A stretch of DNA of 64,000 bases from an uncultured bacterium (lineage in GTDB: Bacteria; Acidobacteriota; Thermoanaerobaculia; Multivoradales; JAHZIX01), in assembly GCA_965368975.1 (NCBI GenBank), contig CBDUPA010000003.1, positions 288,001 through 352,000 of the forward strand, in the 5' to 3' direction. A program made the position numbers and the translations under genes. Of the stretch, positions 47,498 to 57,798 are shown in pieces. Position 1 is the first letter of the stretch, and every line of letters begins with the position of its first letter. The notes under the pieces were generated by a model. It saw only the letters and a list, made by a program, of their open reading frames with translations. It made no database searches and was not told the origin of the DNA.

Positions 47498-48907
47498 ATG
47501 TGTCATGACAAGAACAACCACCGGCGAACCGCCGGGACTCCTCTGACCCGGCGCTCCTTCCTCGGGGGCACGCTCATGGGCTGCTCGGCAGCGATCGCCG
47601 GCATGGCCGGCGCGCGTCTCAGCTTTGCCTCGTTTCAGGACCCGGCGAAGATGGCGGGTGGTGAGGAAGTGCTAGTCGTCGTCTTCTTGCGCGGTGGTGC
47701 CGATGGTCTCAGCATCGTGCCGCCGATCGACGGTGTCGACCGCGCCTTCTACGAGGCTGCCCGGCCCGAGCTGCAGATTCCGCTGACCGGCCCCAACGCG
47801 GCCTTGCCGCTGACCAGCAACTTTGGCTTGCATCCGGCGGCGGCGCCGCTGCACGAGCTGTACCAGGACGGCTACCTGGCGGTCGTGCAGGCGGTGGGCA
47901 TGAACGTCGACACGCGTAGCCACTTCGACGCCATGGAGTTCCTCGAACTCGGCACACCGGGCTCGAAGAGCAGCACCGAGGGTTGGCTGACCCGGCACCT
48001 GGCGAGCGCCAGCAACCTGCCGGCCGACATCTTGATGCCGTCGCTGGCGGTGGGGGAGTTGCAGCCAACCTCGTTGGTGGGCGACCGCGACACCTTGGCC
48101 ATGGACGATCCCGGCAACTTCAACCTCAATACGGGTCCGTGGTTGTGGCGCTATCCGCAGCGAACGGCCCTACGCCGTCTCTATGCCAGCGGCGCGTCGC
48201 TGTTCCACGATGCCGGTCTGCAGGCGCTCAACGCGGCGGACTTGATCGAGGCCTTCGTCCATGACGATTACGTGCCGAGCCACGGAGCCAGCTATCCCAG
48301 CAACAGCTTCGGCGACCAGCTACGCATCGTCGCGCAGATGATCAAGCTCGACGTCGGTCTCCGTGTCGTCACCGTCGACCTCGGCGGCTGGGATACACAC
48401 GAGAACCAGGGCACGCAAGGCGGTGGCTACTTCGCCGGCCTGGTGGGCACCCTGGCGCAAGGGCTGCACGCCCTGTTCACCGATCTCGACGGCGCTGGCG
48501 CCGGCAACTACACGCAACGTCTCACCGCGGTGGTGCAGAGTGAGTTCGGGCGCCGCTTGCGCAGCAATGCCGACGACGGCCTCGACCACGGCCACGGCAA
48601 CGCCATGCTGGTGCTCAGCGGCAATGCCATCGGTGGTGTCCACGGCACGTTCCCGGGTCTGGCCACCGAGCAGCTCTACGACAACGCGGACCTCGCCGTC
48701 ACGACTGACTTCCGGCGCGTGCTGAGCGAGATCCTGATCCGACGCATGGGAAACTCCAATCTCGGTGCGGTGTTCCCTGGCTACAGCAGCTACGCCCCGC
48801 TGGGCATCGTGCAAGGTGTCGACGTGACGCCGATCACCGGGGAGACTCTGTTCACAGACAGTTTCGAGAGCGGCAACATGGATCAGTGGACGGTCGCCCA
48901 GCCGTAG
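47498..48907 (+). CDS. DUF1501 family Tat-exported protein
   Basis: GAGGAG RBS, Tat motif TRRSFLG, FLRGGADGL, RSHFDA, GGWDTH, SEFGR, DHGHG, DFRRV. Confidence 0.92.
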   Translation: MCHDKNNHRRTAGTPLTRRSFLGGTLMGCSAAIAGMAGARLSFASFQDPAKMAGGEEVLVVVFLRGGADGLSIVPPIDGVDRAFYEAARPELQIPLTGPNAALPLTSNFGLHPAAAPLHELYQDGYLAVVQAVGMNVDTRSHFDAMEFLELGTPGSKSSTEGWLTRHLASASNLPADILMPSLAVGELQPTSLVGDRDTLAMDDPGNFNLNTGPWLWRYPQRTALRRLYASGASLFHDAGLQALNAADLIEAFVHDDYVPSHGASYPSNSFGDQLRIVAQMIKLDVGLRVVTVDLGGWDTHENQGTQGGGYFAGLVGTLAQGLHALFTDLDGAGAGNYTQRLTAVVQSEFGRRLRSNADDGLDHGHGNAMLVLSGNAIGGVHGTFPGLATEQLYDNADLAVTTDFRRVLSEILIRRMGNSNLGAVFPGYSSYAPLGIVQGVDVTPITGETLFTDSFESGNMDQWTVAQP

Positions 48908-49012
48908 AGGGGCCCGGAGCCCGTGCCGGGTCCCCTCGCGGTGGGCGGCCGTCCGGATTTCGGGCGCAAGACCCCAGCTCGCGACCGAGGAGGGTGCGAT
49001 AGACTGCCGTCC

Positions 49013-52000
49013 ATGTCCCAGTTCGCGCATCTCCATCTGCACAGCCAGTTCAGTTTGCTCGACGGTGCCAACCGTCTCGACGATGTCGTCCAGACCGTGG
49101 CCGGTCACGGCATGCCCGCGGTGGCACTCACGGATCACGGCAACATGTTTGGCGCCATCGATTTCTTCAAGAAGGCGAAGAAGGCCGGCGTCAAGCCGAT
49201 CCTCGGCATCGAGGCCTACACCACGGTAGGCAGCCGCAAGGATCGCAAGCGGCAGAGCAACAATCACCTGGTGTTGTTGGCCAAGAACGAGGCCGGCTAC
49301 CGGAACTTGCTGCAGCTGAGCTCGATCGCCTACCTGGAAGGCTTCTACTACAAGCCACGCATGGACAAGGAGCTCCTGCGCAAGCACAGCGAAGGCATCA
49401 TCGCTTTGTCCGCGTGTCTCAAGGGCGAGGTCAACGAGACGTTGTTCCAGCAGGGTGCCGACCAAGCCGAGGTGGTGGCACGCGAGTACTTGGACATCTT
49501 CGGTCCGGGCAACTACTACCTGGAGTTGCAGGATCACGGCATCCGCGAGCAACAGCAGGCCAACGAGGTACTGCGACGCATCTCCAAGAGGCTCGGCGTA
49601 CCCATGGTGGTGAGCAACGATTGCCACTACCTGCACAAGGATGACGCCGACGCCCACGATGCGCTTCTGTGTATCGGCACGCAGAAGATGAAGGCCGACC
49701 AGGACCGGCTGAAGTACGCATCAGACCAGTTCTATCTCAAGACCGCGGACGAGATGCACAGCCTGTTCCCGCGGGACGGTGACGCGGTCGAGCGCACCGT
49801 CGAAGTGGCGGAGATGTGCGACCTCGACATCGACTTCGGCACCTTCCATCTGCCGAAGTTCCCGGTACCCGAGGGCGAGACGCTGGACAGCTATTTCGCC
49901 CGGGTAGCGCGGGAAGGGCTCGAAGAGCGCCTCCAAGAACTGCGCCGCCGGGGTGCGAGTCGCTTGCACCGCATCACCGAGGACGATTACCACCAGCGCC
50001 TGGAAACCGAGATCGAGATCATCCGCAAGATGGGCTTCCCGGGCTATTTCCTGGTGGTCTGGGATTTCATCCGCTACTCGCGCGAGCAGGACATCCCGGT
50101 CGGCCCGGGCCGCGGCTCGGCCGCGGGTTCGCTTGTGTCCTACGCCCTGCGCATCACCAACATCGACCCGCTGCAGTACGACCTGCTGTTCGAGCGCTTC
50201 CTCAACCCCGACCGCATCAGCATGCCGGATATCGATATCGATTTCTGCATGCGTCGGCGCGCCGAGGTGATCGACTACGTGGCCCACAAGTACGGGCGCG
50301 ATCACGTGGCCCAGATCATCACCTTCGGAACGCTCGCCGCCAAGGCTGCCGTACGCGACGTCGGCCGCGTGCTCGGTGTGCCCTACACCAAGATCAACCA
50401 AGTCGCCAAGCTGATTCCCGACATGACGCGCTCGCTGGCCCAAGTGGCCAAGGAGAACGACGCGCTCAAGGCCGAGGCGCGCAAGGATCCGCAGATCGCC
50501 GAAGTGATCAAGATCGGCAGCCGCCTGGAAGGGTTGACGCGCCACGCCTCGATCCACGCTGCCGGTGTCGTCATCACGCCCAACCCGACACAAGAGCTCG
50601 TGCCGCTCTACCGGGTAAAGAAGGGCGAGGACGAGAACATTGTCACGCAGTGGGACAAGGACATCGTCGAAGAGTTGGGCCTGCTCAAGATGGACTTCCT
50701 GGGCCTGCGGACCCTCACCGTCATCGACGATACCCTGCGCATCCTGGCGCAGCAGGGCATCGAACTCGACATCGACGAACTCGGTTTGGACGACCCCGAG
50801 ACCTACCGCCTGTTCTGCGAAGGGCGCACCAGCGGTGTGTTTCAGTTCGAATCCTCGGGCATGAAAGATCTGCTGCGGCGTGCCCAGCCGTCGAAGTTCG
50901 AGGACCTGGCGGCGTTCAATGCGCTCTATCGTCCAGGCGCGCTGTCCGTCGGCATGGTCGACGAATACATCAAGCGCAAGCTGGGCCGCAAGCGCATCAG
51001 CTACATCATTCCCGAGACCAAGGATATCCTGGAAGAGACCTACGGCATCATCGTCTACCAGGAGCAGGTCATGCTCATCGCCGTGTTGATTGCCGGCTTC
51101 ACCATGGCCGAAGCGGATGTGCTGCGCAAGGCGATGGGCAAGAAGAAGCTCGACATGATGGAGGAGCAGAAGGCGAAGTTCCTCGATGGTGCCGAGAGCC
51201 GTGGCTTCGATCGCCGCAAGGCGCAGGAACTCTGGGATTACATCGAACCCTTCGCCGGCTACGGCTTCAACAAGAGTCACAGTGTCGCCTACGCGCTACT
51301 GGCGTACCAGACGGCCTTCCTCAAGGCGCACTATCCGAGCGCTTTCATGGCGGCCATGCTGAACTCGGAAATGTCCTCGGCCGACAACGTCGCCAAGTAC
51401 ATCCAGGAATGCCGCGAGATGGGTATCGAGGTGCTGCCGCCGGACATCAATACCTCGGTGTGGTTGTTCACCGTCGACGGCGACGCTGCCAGCGGCGACG
51501 TGCGCTACGGCCTGGGTGGTGTCAAGGGTGTCGGGGAGGGGGCGGTCGAAGCGATCTTGCAGGGGCGCGGGCAAGCCGGACGCTTTACTAGCCTCACGCA
51601 CATGGCCACCAAGGTCGATCTCAAGGCGCTCAACCGCAAGGTCTTCGAATGCCTGATCAAGGTCGGTTGCTTCGACGAGTTGGAGGCCAATCGGCGTGCA
51701 CTCCTGGAATCACTTGCGGTGATTCTCGTGTACGCTCAAGGAGAGAAGGAAGATCAGATCCAGGGTCAGGGCTCGATTTTTGATGTAGCAGGAGCTGGCC
51801 GCGCTCCTGAACCGAAGATCCCCACGGATCTTCAACCCTGGCCCCTGCGTGAGCGCCTGCGCTATGAGAAGGAAATGCTCGGTCTGTACCTGACCGGTCA
51901 CCCTCTATCCGAGTACAAGCAGGAGCTGGAGCAGCTCGGCGGTCAGAGCATCGCGCACGTCAAGGAACTCTACGGCGAGGACAGCGAGGCGATCGGGGGG

Positions 52001-52546
52001 CCGTCCAAGATCGGCGGCCTGGTCACTCGCGTTGCGCGGACCAAGATCAAGAGCGGCCCCAGCGAGGGCAAGTTCATGGCGCGCTTTCAACTGGAAGACA
52101 AGACCGGCAGCTTACCGGCGGTCGTCTTTGCCAACCAGCTGGCGCAGTTCGGTCATCTGCTCGAAGAAGACGCGGTGGTGCTGGCGACCGGCATCGTGCG
52201 CGAGCGAGGGAGCGATCTGGAGATGACGGTCGACGACCTCAGGCGCGTCGAGCGTCGCGGTGACCGAATCCTCGGTGTCGACCTGTTTCTCAAGCCGGAA
52301 CTCGCCGGTGAGACGCTGCAACGCCTGCGCGACATGGTGCTCGAGAACCCCGGCCCAGTGCCGGTTCGGCTGCAGGTTCACATCCCGGAGCACACCGTCC
52401 GCATCGCGCCGGCGCAGGGCTTCAGTATCCGTTTCGACGCCTCGTTCAAGGAAACCCTGGAGAGCCTTCTCGGCCCCGGTGCGGTGGTCGAGCGCCGGCC
52501 GCAAGAATCGCCGACCTCCGCCGCGCTGGAGTCCTCGGCCGCCTGA
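49013..52546 (+). CDS. dnaE: DNA polymerase III alpha subunit
   Basis: HLHLHSQFSLLDG PHP domain, GPGRGSAAGS, MPDIDIDF, HAAGVV, KMDFLGL, YGFNKSH, C-terminal OB fold. Confidence 0.98.
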   Translation: MSQFAHLHLHSQFSLLDGANRLDDVVQTVAGHGMPAVALTDHGNMFGAIDFFKKAKKAGVKPILGIEAYTTVGSRKDRKRQSNNHLVLLAKNEAGYRNLLQLSSIAYLEGFYYKPRMDKELLRKHSEGIIALSACLKGEVNETLFQQGADQAEVVAREYLDIFGPGNYYLELQDHGIREQQQANEVLRRISKRLGVPMVVSNDCHYLHKDDADAHDALLCIGTQKMKADQDRLKYASDQFYLKTADEMHSLFPRDGDAVERTVEVAEMCDLDIDFGTFHLPKFPVPEGETLDSYFARVAREGLEERLQELRRRGASRLHRITEDDYHQRLETEIEIIRKMGFPGYFLVVWDFIRYSREQDIPVGPGRGSAAGSLVSYALRITNIDPLQYDLLFERFLNPDRISMPDIDIDFCMRRRAEVIDYVAHKYGRDHVAQIITFGTLAAKAAVRDVGRVLGVPYTKINQVAKLIPDMTRSLAQVAKENDALKAEARKDPQIAEVIKIGSRLEGLTRHASIHAAGVVITPNPTQELVPLYRVKKGEDENIVTQWDKDIVEELGLLKMDFLGLRTLTVIDDTLRILAQQGIELDIDELGLDDPETYRLFCEGRTSGVFQFESSGMKDLLRRAQPSKFEDLAAFNALYRPGALSVGMVDEYIKRKLGRKRISYIIPETKDILEETYGIIVYQEQVMLIAVLIAGFTMAEADVLRKAMGKKKLDMMEEQKAKFLDGAESRGFDRRKAQELWDYIEPFAGYGFNKSHSVAYALLAYQTAFLKAHYPSAFMAAMLNSEMSSADNVAKYIQECREMGIEVLPPDINTSVWLFTVDGDAASGDVRYGLGGVKGVGEGAVEAILQGRGQAGRFTSLTHMATKVDLKALNRKVFECLIKVGCFDELEANRRALLESLAVILVYAQGEKEDQIQGQGSIFDVAGAGRAPEPKIPTDLQPWPLRERLRYEKEMLGLYLTGHPLSEYKQELEQLGGQSIAHVKELYGEDSEAIGGPSKIGGLVTRVARTKIKSGPSEGKFMARFQLEDKTGSLPAVVFANQLAQFGHLLEEDAVVLATGIVRERGSDLEMTVDDLRRVERRGDRILGVDLFLKPELAGETLQRLRDMVLENPGPVPVRLQVHIPEHTVRIAPAQGFSIRFDASFKETLESLLGPGAVVERRPQESPTSAALESSAA

Positions 52547-52569
52547 GGCGACCCCCCCGAGGCACCATC

Positions 52570-53523
52570 ATGTCCTTGCACGCTCGAGGTCTGACCAACC
52601 GCCCCCGCTCCCTACCAGGCACTACGCTCGTGCTGGCCACGGTGCTGCTGTGCACCGTCTGTGTCTTGGCTGTCTGTGTCTTGGCTGTGGCACAGCGAGC
52701 TCTGGCGCAGGAGGAAGACGTGCCGAGCGTGCCGATCGAGTCGCTGCCCGAGGGCTCGCTGGAAACCGATCTCGTCTACATCGAAGGTGTGCCGGTCGAG
52801 CGCGTACCGGCCAGCGAGCCAGACGACGTGCTGAGCGTCGACGGCAACGAATGGGGCCCCCTGGCGGACCGCCGCAGCATCGAAGTCGTCAACCTCGACT
52901 GTGCCAGCGAACTCGGTCGCGAGCGCCTGACCTTGTTCGCTAACGGCACCGTGCGCCTGCGCCGCGACCCTCCGTCGACCACCGGCGTCAGCCTGACCAC
53001 GGGCTTGGGCGTCGAGCCGAGGGTGATCGAGACCGAGGTGTTTCTGGGCGAGATGGGTCCCGACGAACTCGATATCTACCTCGACCGCCTGCGCGTCATC
53101 GACCTGTCCAAAGTCCGCGAAGAAGGCCTGGGAGCCGGCGTGCGTGGCGACTGGGTCGAGCGTTGCGAGCTGCTGCTGGAGTTCCCACGCTACCTGCCGC
53201 GGCGCTTCGAATTCGGTCGCCGTGACACCCTGCCTCTCGACCTCAGCCGAGTGTTGCACATCGTCGAAGAGCTGGAGGACCGCGTCATCCAGCACAAGGT
53301 CGAACGTTCCGGTCTGCCAGCCAACTATCAGCCCGAGATCGGCGATCAGCTACGCCGCCGCGACGGGCACATTTTCGAGATCCGTGCCCGCACCGTCGAT
53401 GGCCGGGGTTTCGAAATGCGCGGTTTGCACCAACCAGTGACCCTCTATGTAGACGCCGGTGACTTGGTCGGGGAGTTCCCGATCTTGGTGTCCCGCCGCG
53501 ACGACTCGAGGCGAGGCCGGTGA
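52570..53523 (+). CDS. Hypothetical exported protein
   Basis: 317 aa ORF in the dnaE-rsmD run. Signal peptide ending ALA-Q, containing a duplicated 15-mer (gtctgtgtcttggct x2, 52657-52686). Confidence 0.7.
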   Translation: MSLHARGLTNRPRSLPGTTLVLATVLLCTVCVLAVCVLAVAQRALAQEEDVPSVPIESLPEGSLETDLVYIEGVPVERVPASEPDDVLSVDGNEWGPLADRRSIEVVNLDCASELGRERLTLFANGTVRLRRDPPSTTGVSLTTGLGVEPRVIETEVFLGEMGPDELDIYLDRLRVIDLSKVREEGLGAGVRGDWVERCELLLEFPRYLPRRFEFGRRDTLPLDLSRVLHIVEELEDRVIQHKVERSGLPANYQPEIGDQLRRRDGHIFEIRARTVDGRGFEMRGLHQPVTLYVDAGDLVGEFPILVSRRDDSRRGR

Positions 53524-53530
53524 GCGCACC

Positions 53531-54109
53531 ATGAGCGGACGCGGGGTGCGCCTGGCGGGAGGGCGTCACGGCGGTCGCGTGCTGCGCGTGCCGCAGGGAG
53601 TACGTCCGACCGAGGGGCGGGTCAGGGAAGCCTTGTTCAACATCTGGCAGGACCAACTCCCTGGCGCCCATTTGCTCGACCTCTTCGCCGGTACTGGTGC
53701 GGTCTCCTTGGAAGCCCTCGGCCGCGACGCCGCCAGTGCCGTGTGCATCGAGCGCAGCGGCCCCGTCCTGCGTGACCTCACCGCCGCTTGTGTCGCCTTG
53801 GGAGAGACTGAGGTCGTGCGCCTGAAGCTGACCCTGCCCGCGGGTCTCAGCACTGATACCGTGCGGCAAGCCGCGCCCTACGATCTTGTCTTCGCCGATC
53901 CACCGTACGCCTTCGAGGACTACGAAGCCTTGCTTGCGGGAATCGCGCCCCTGCTGACTCCAGACGCCCAGGTCGCGATCGAACATGGCAGTCGTGGTGA
54001 TCTGCCGGAGCGCGTCGAGGGACCGCAGGGCCAGGTTCTAGAGCGCGTAGAAGAGCGCAAATACGGAGATTGCCTACTCAGCTTCTATCGGCGCATCGTG
54101 GAAGGTTGA
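53531..54109 (+). CDS. rsmD: 16S rRNA m2G966 methyltransferase
   Basis: VRPTEGRVREALFN, LDLFAGTGAVSLEAL, FADPPY, RKYG. Confidence 0.93.
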   Translation: MSGRGVRLAGGRHGGRVLRVPQGVRPTEGRVREALFNIWQDQLPGAHLLDLFAGTGAVSLEALGRDAASAVCIERSGPVLRDLTAACVALGETEVVRLKLTLPAGLSTDTVRQAAPYDLVFADPPYAFEDYEALLAGIAPLLTPDAQVAIEHGSRGDLPERVEGPQGQVLERVEERKYGDCLLSFYRRIVEG

Positions 54110-54151
54110 TCCGGTGCGAATGGACGACGAGATCGTGGCACAATACGCGCC

Positions 54152-55534
54152 ATGCAGCCCCAGACCTTCACGCTCACCGACGCCGACCTCAGCTTCGCCA
54201 CCGATCTCTACCAGCTGACCATGGCCGCTGCCTACCAGCGGTTCGACGAGATGCCGGATGCCAGTTTCGAGCTGTTCGTGCGGCGGCTGCCCAAGGACCG
54301 GAACTTCTTGGTGCTGGCAGGCCTCGAACAGGCCCTGGCGACGGTCAGCAAGCTGCGCTTCAGCCACCGGCAGCTCGACTATTTGCGCGACCTGCCGCAG
54401 TTCGCCGACGTCGGCGAGGGCTTCTGGCGGGAACTGGCGGACTTCCGATTCTCTGGCGACATCGAAGCGATGCCCGAAGGCACAGTGTTCTTTCCCAACG
54501 AGCCCGTGCTGCGCGTCACCGGCACGCTGTTCGAGGCACAGTTGCTCGAGACGGTGCTGTTGTCGATCCTCAACTTCCAGACGGCGGTGGCGTCGAAGGC
54601 GGCACGGGTGCGGCTGGCAGCGGGGCCGGAGGCCTTGTTGGCGGAGTTCGGCAGTCGGCGGGCGCATGGACCCCAGGCAGCGGCGTGGGCGGCGCGTGCG
54701 GCTTACCTGGCGGGCTTCGATGCGACATCGAACGTGCTGGCAGGGCAGCAGCTGGGCATCCCGATCACCGGTACGATGGCGCACAGCTTCGTCATGGCCT
54801 TCGAGGACGAGGCGGATGCGTTCCAACGCTACCAGGCGACCTTCCCCCAACACACGATCCATCTGGTCGACACCTACGACAGCTTGCGCGGGGTGCGGCG
54901 GGCGCTCGAAGTCGGGGGCGATGGGTTCCTCGGTGTGCGGTTGGACAGCGGCGACCTGTGTGCCCTGGCCCAGGCGGCGCGCCAGCTGCTCGACGAGGGC
55001 GGGCGCCCGGACGCCAAGATCTTTGCTTCCAACAACATCGACGAGTGGCGCATCGCGGAGCTGCGCGCAGGCGGAGCGCCGATCGATGCCTATGGAGTCG
55101 GTACCCGAGTCGCAGTGCCGGCCGATGCCCCGACGCTGGATGGCGTCTACAAGTTGGTGCAGTCCGTGCACGCGGGGCAGACGCGCCTGCACTTCAAAGC
55201 CAGCGCGCACAAGGTTTCGTACCCGGGCTGCAAGCAAGTGCTGCGACGCTTCGATGAGCAGGGCAAGCTGGCGAGTGATCTCGTGCTGCTGCGCGACGAT
55301 CTGCGTGACGGCAGCCCCGGTGAAGCGCTGCTGCAGCCGGTCATGCGCCAGGGGGAACTCTTGCCGCTCCCGGAACTCGGTACCAGCAAGCTGTACTGCC
55401 AGAACCAGCTGGCGGCCCTGCCGGAACGCCTGCGTCAGCTCGAAGAGAGTGCCGAGCCCTATGCCGTGCGCATCGACGAGGGGTTGGAGCAGCTACTGGC
55501 AGAGTTGAAGCAGAGCCGCGACGCCGGTCGCTGA
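54152..55534 (+). CDS. pncB: Nicotinate phosphoribosyltransferase
   Basis: TDLYQLTM, EFGSRRAHG, GTMAHSFV, LVDTYD, VRLDSGD, YGVGT, VYKLV. Confidence 0.95.
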   Translation: MQPQTFTLTDADLSFATDLYQLTMAAAYQRFDEMPDASFELFVRRLPKDRNFLVLAGLEQALATVSKLRFSHRQLDYLRDLPQFADVGEGFWRELADFRFSGDIEAMPEGTVFFPNEPVLRVTGTLFEAQLLETVLLSILNFQTAVASKAARVRLAAGPEALLAEFGSRRAHGPQAAAWAARAAYLAGFDATSNVLAGQQLGIPITGTMAHSFVMAFEDEADAFQRYQATFPQHTIHLVDTYDSLRGVRRALEVGGDGFLGVRLDSGDLCALAQAARQLLDEGGRPDAKIFASNNIDEWRIAELRAGGAPIDAYGVGTRVAVPADAPTLDGVYKLVQSVHAGQTRLHFKASAHKVSYPGCKQVLRRFDEQGKLASDLVLLRDDLRDGSPGEALLQPVMRQGELLPLPELGTSKLYCQNQLAALPERLRQLEESAEPYAVRIDEGLEQLLAELKQSRDAGR

Positions 55535-55568
55535 GACTGGTGCCCGGTTCCTGGAGCTCTGGTGGTGG

Positions 55569-57107
55569 CTAGGGTTGTACCGTGCGCAGCTCGAGCTGAC
55601 GGCCGAAGGCGCTTTCGAATAGGGAACTCTGGTTGCGGGTCTCCCAGAGTTCGACGGAGGGCTCCTCGCGTGCAGCCAACTCGAGCGTCACGGTCTTGTC
55701 GTCGATCTGGGCGCGCACGTCACGCACACGGCCGGCACGCGAGCGTTCGAGCGTTTCCGCCAGCCGCAGGCAGGTGGTGAGCATACGTAGCAGACGCTTG
55801 TCACCGGCGTGCATCAGGCTCTGAAGAGAGCCCATGCGCGGAGAGCCCTTGTGGTGGTAGCGCACCATGAGCAGGATCAGCGTCTGCTCGCGGTGGTCGA
55901 AGCCGACCAGAGGCGCCGAGCCGAGCAGGTAAGCGCCGTGCTTGTGGTGGCGGTAGTAGTCGATCGTCGAGCCCAGGTCGTGTAGCTCGGCGGCAGTGTC
56001 CAGCAGTTCCGCAGCGTCCTCGCCCAGCTCGTGCAACGGCTGCAGACACTCGAACAGGCGGCGGGCCAGATGACGTACGTGGAGCGTGTGTCCCGGGTAT
56101 TGATCCTGGCGATCCGGATGCAACCCGGAGAGCTGACGGTAGTAGGCCGAGACATTGCGACGCGCGAAGGCGCGGACGTCGGGCACCAGGTGGTGCGGTG
56201 CTGGCAGGAAGCGCCCGTAGAAGGCGCCCTCGCGGAGGCCCTGGCCGGAAATCCACAAGCCGTCCCGGCCGCTGGCGTGGAGCAGCCATTGGAATACCAG
56301 AGCACCGGCGAGGATGATGTCGGCACGATCGCGGTGGATGCCCGGCACGGTGCCGCGCTGCGCCGCCTTCAAGCTGCACAGCTCGGAGATCAGTTCGTCG
56401 AGTTCGCGCAGCGGCAGGAAGTACCCATGCAACAGGCTCAGCGGGTACTTGCACTCCTTCTGTACCGCACGGGCCAAGTTGCGGATGGTGCCCCCCATGG
56501 CGATCAGCGGTACGTCGTCGGCGGCAATGCGCTGGGCGACGTGGCCCAGGTGCTGTTCGACACTGGCCTTCAGGCGCTTGAGTTCGCTGTTCTTGGGTGG
56601 ATCGTGCCCGAGGAAGGTCTCGGTCAGGCGCACGGCCCCGAGTGGGTAGGCCTGGCCGTCGACGTACTGACGTCCCTCCATGCGGGACACCTGCGCGCTG
56701 CCGCCACCGAGATCCATCACCCAGGCGTTGCTCTGCGCGAAGCTGTTGGCGACGGCACGTACGCCGCATTGGGCTTCCTCCTCGCCGGAGAGCACGCGCA
56801 GGTGCAATCCGTCCGGGACGCGCAGGCGCTCGCGGTCGCCGGCGTCGCGCAGAGCGCTGGTGCCGAAGACGTCGAAAGGAGCGAGCTCGAGGTCGCTACC
56901 GGTGCGGTAGTCAGCGAACAGTTGCAGAGCCGCCTCGGCACGGCCGATGGCGGCGTCGCTCAGGCGACCGTGGCGGATCAGGCCTTCCGCCAACCGGATC
57001 GGTTCGCGGATTTCGTCCTCGAGCCGGAACCAGGTACCGGGTTCGTAGGCATAGACCACCAGGCGGGCTGTATTGGACCCGAGATCGACCAGGCCGAGAC
57101 GGTGCAT
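55569..57107 (-). CDS. ppx: Ppx/GppA exopolyphosphatase with C-terminal HD domain
   Basis: VDLGSNT, TSALRDA, LSGEEEA, DLGGGS, GLREG, LHDLG. Confidence 0.92.
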   Translation of the reverse strand: MHRLGLVDLGSNTARLVVYAYEPGTWFRLEDEIREPIRLAEGLIRHGRLSDAAIGRAEAALQLFADYRTGSDLELAPFDVFGTSALRDAGDRERLRVPDGLHLRVLSGEEEAQCGVRAVANSFAQSNAWVMDLGGGSAQVSRMEGRQYVDGQAYPLGAVRLTETFLGHDPPKNSELKRLKASVEQHLGHVAQRIAADDVPLIAMGGTIRNLARAVQKECKYPLSLLHGYFLPLRELDELISELCSLKAAQRGTVPGIHRDRADIILAGALVFQWLLHASGRDGLWISGQGLREGAFYGRFLPAPHHLVPDVRAFARRNVSAYYRQLSGLHPDRQDQYPGHTLHVRHLARRLFECLQPLHELGEDAAELLDTAAELHDLGSTIDYYRHHKHGAYLLGSAPLVGFDHREQTLILLMVRYHHKGSPRMGSLQSLMHAGDKRLLRMLTTCLRLAETLERSRAGRVRDVRAQIDDKTVTLELAAREEPSVELWETRNQSSLFESAFGRQLELRTVQP

Positions 57108-57127
57108 CACAGACTCCTTGCCACAGC

Positions 57128-57493
57128 TCAGAATTCCCTGCCGTCCGAGGAGTGCTCGGGCTCGCCGTGTTGGCCCCACTCGTCGCGCGTCTCGGGCAGT
57201 AGGCGGATACCGGTCAAGTAGGCGGCACGGCCAATGATATGACCGGCGACGGGGGCCGTGAGGAGGAAAAACGTGATCACTAGCCCTGCTGTGATCGTCG
57301 TCTCTGCGTCCCGGAAGTGAGCTGCCGCGCCCAGGGCCGTGCAGGCGATGCCCAGGGTCGAGGCCTTGGTGCCGGCCTGGAGACGCAGCATCAGGTCGGG
57401 CATGCGCAGGACGCCGAGGGCCGCGATGAGCATGAAGCCGGCGCCGATCAGCAGGAGGAATGCGGCCGCGGTGGTCCAGATCAGCTCGCTCAT
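57128..57493 (-). CDS. mrpG: Mrp Na+/H+ antiporter subunit G
   Basis: GVLRMPD...RLQAGTKASTLG, LTAPVAGH. Confidence 0.92.
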   Translation of the reverse strand: MSELIWTTAAAFLLLIGAGFMLIAALGVLRMPDLMLRLQAGTKASTLGIACTALGAAAHFRDAETTITAGLVITFFLLTAPVAGHIIGRAAYLTGIRLLPETRDEWGQHGEPEHSSDGREF

Positions 57494-57798
57494 GCACTCT
57501 CCTTGGGGGTCTCTCGCTGGGTGGGCCGACGGTCGGGCTGGTGACCACGCCGCTTGAGGTGGTACGCGAATGCGACCGTGGCCAGGAACCCGACCAGGCC
57601 GAGCAGCAGGGCAGGGCGCAAGTAGGGCGCCTGGTCGCTACGCACGGCGTCGACCAGGATCAGGCCGACCGTGATCACCGCGATCAGGTCGAGCGCCACG
57701 ACGCGGTCCGCGAGGGTCGGACCGAGGCTGAGACGCAGCAGGCTCAGCAACAGCGCGAGGAGTAGCAGGCCGGCTGCCAAGTCGAAGGCCCAGCTCAT
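57490..57798 (-). CDS. mrpF: Mrp antiporter subunit F
   Basis: GPTLADRVVALD, GFLATVAFA. Confidence 0.92.
   Translation of the reverse strand: MSWAFDLAAGLLLLALLLSLLRLSLGPTLADRVVALDLIAVITVGLILVDAVRSDQAPYLRPALLLGLVGFLATVAFAYHLKRRGHQPDRRPTQRETPKESA

Noticed and set aside
49013-52546. Intein or split in dnaE; slightly AT-richer patch around 51700-51900
   Set aside because: The length is normal and no intein motifs were seen. The patch corresponds to a variable linker and is too short to call foreign by eye.
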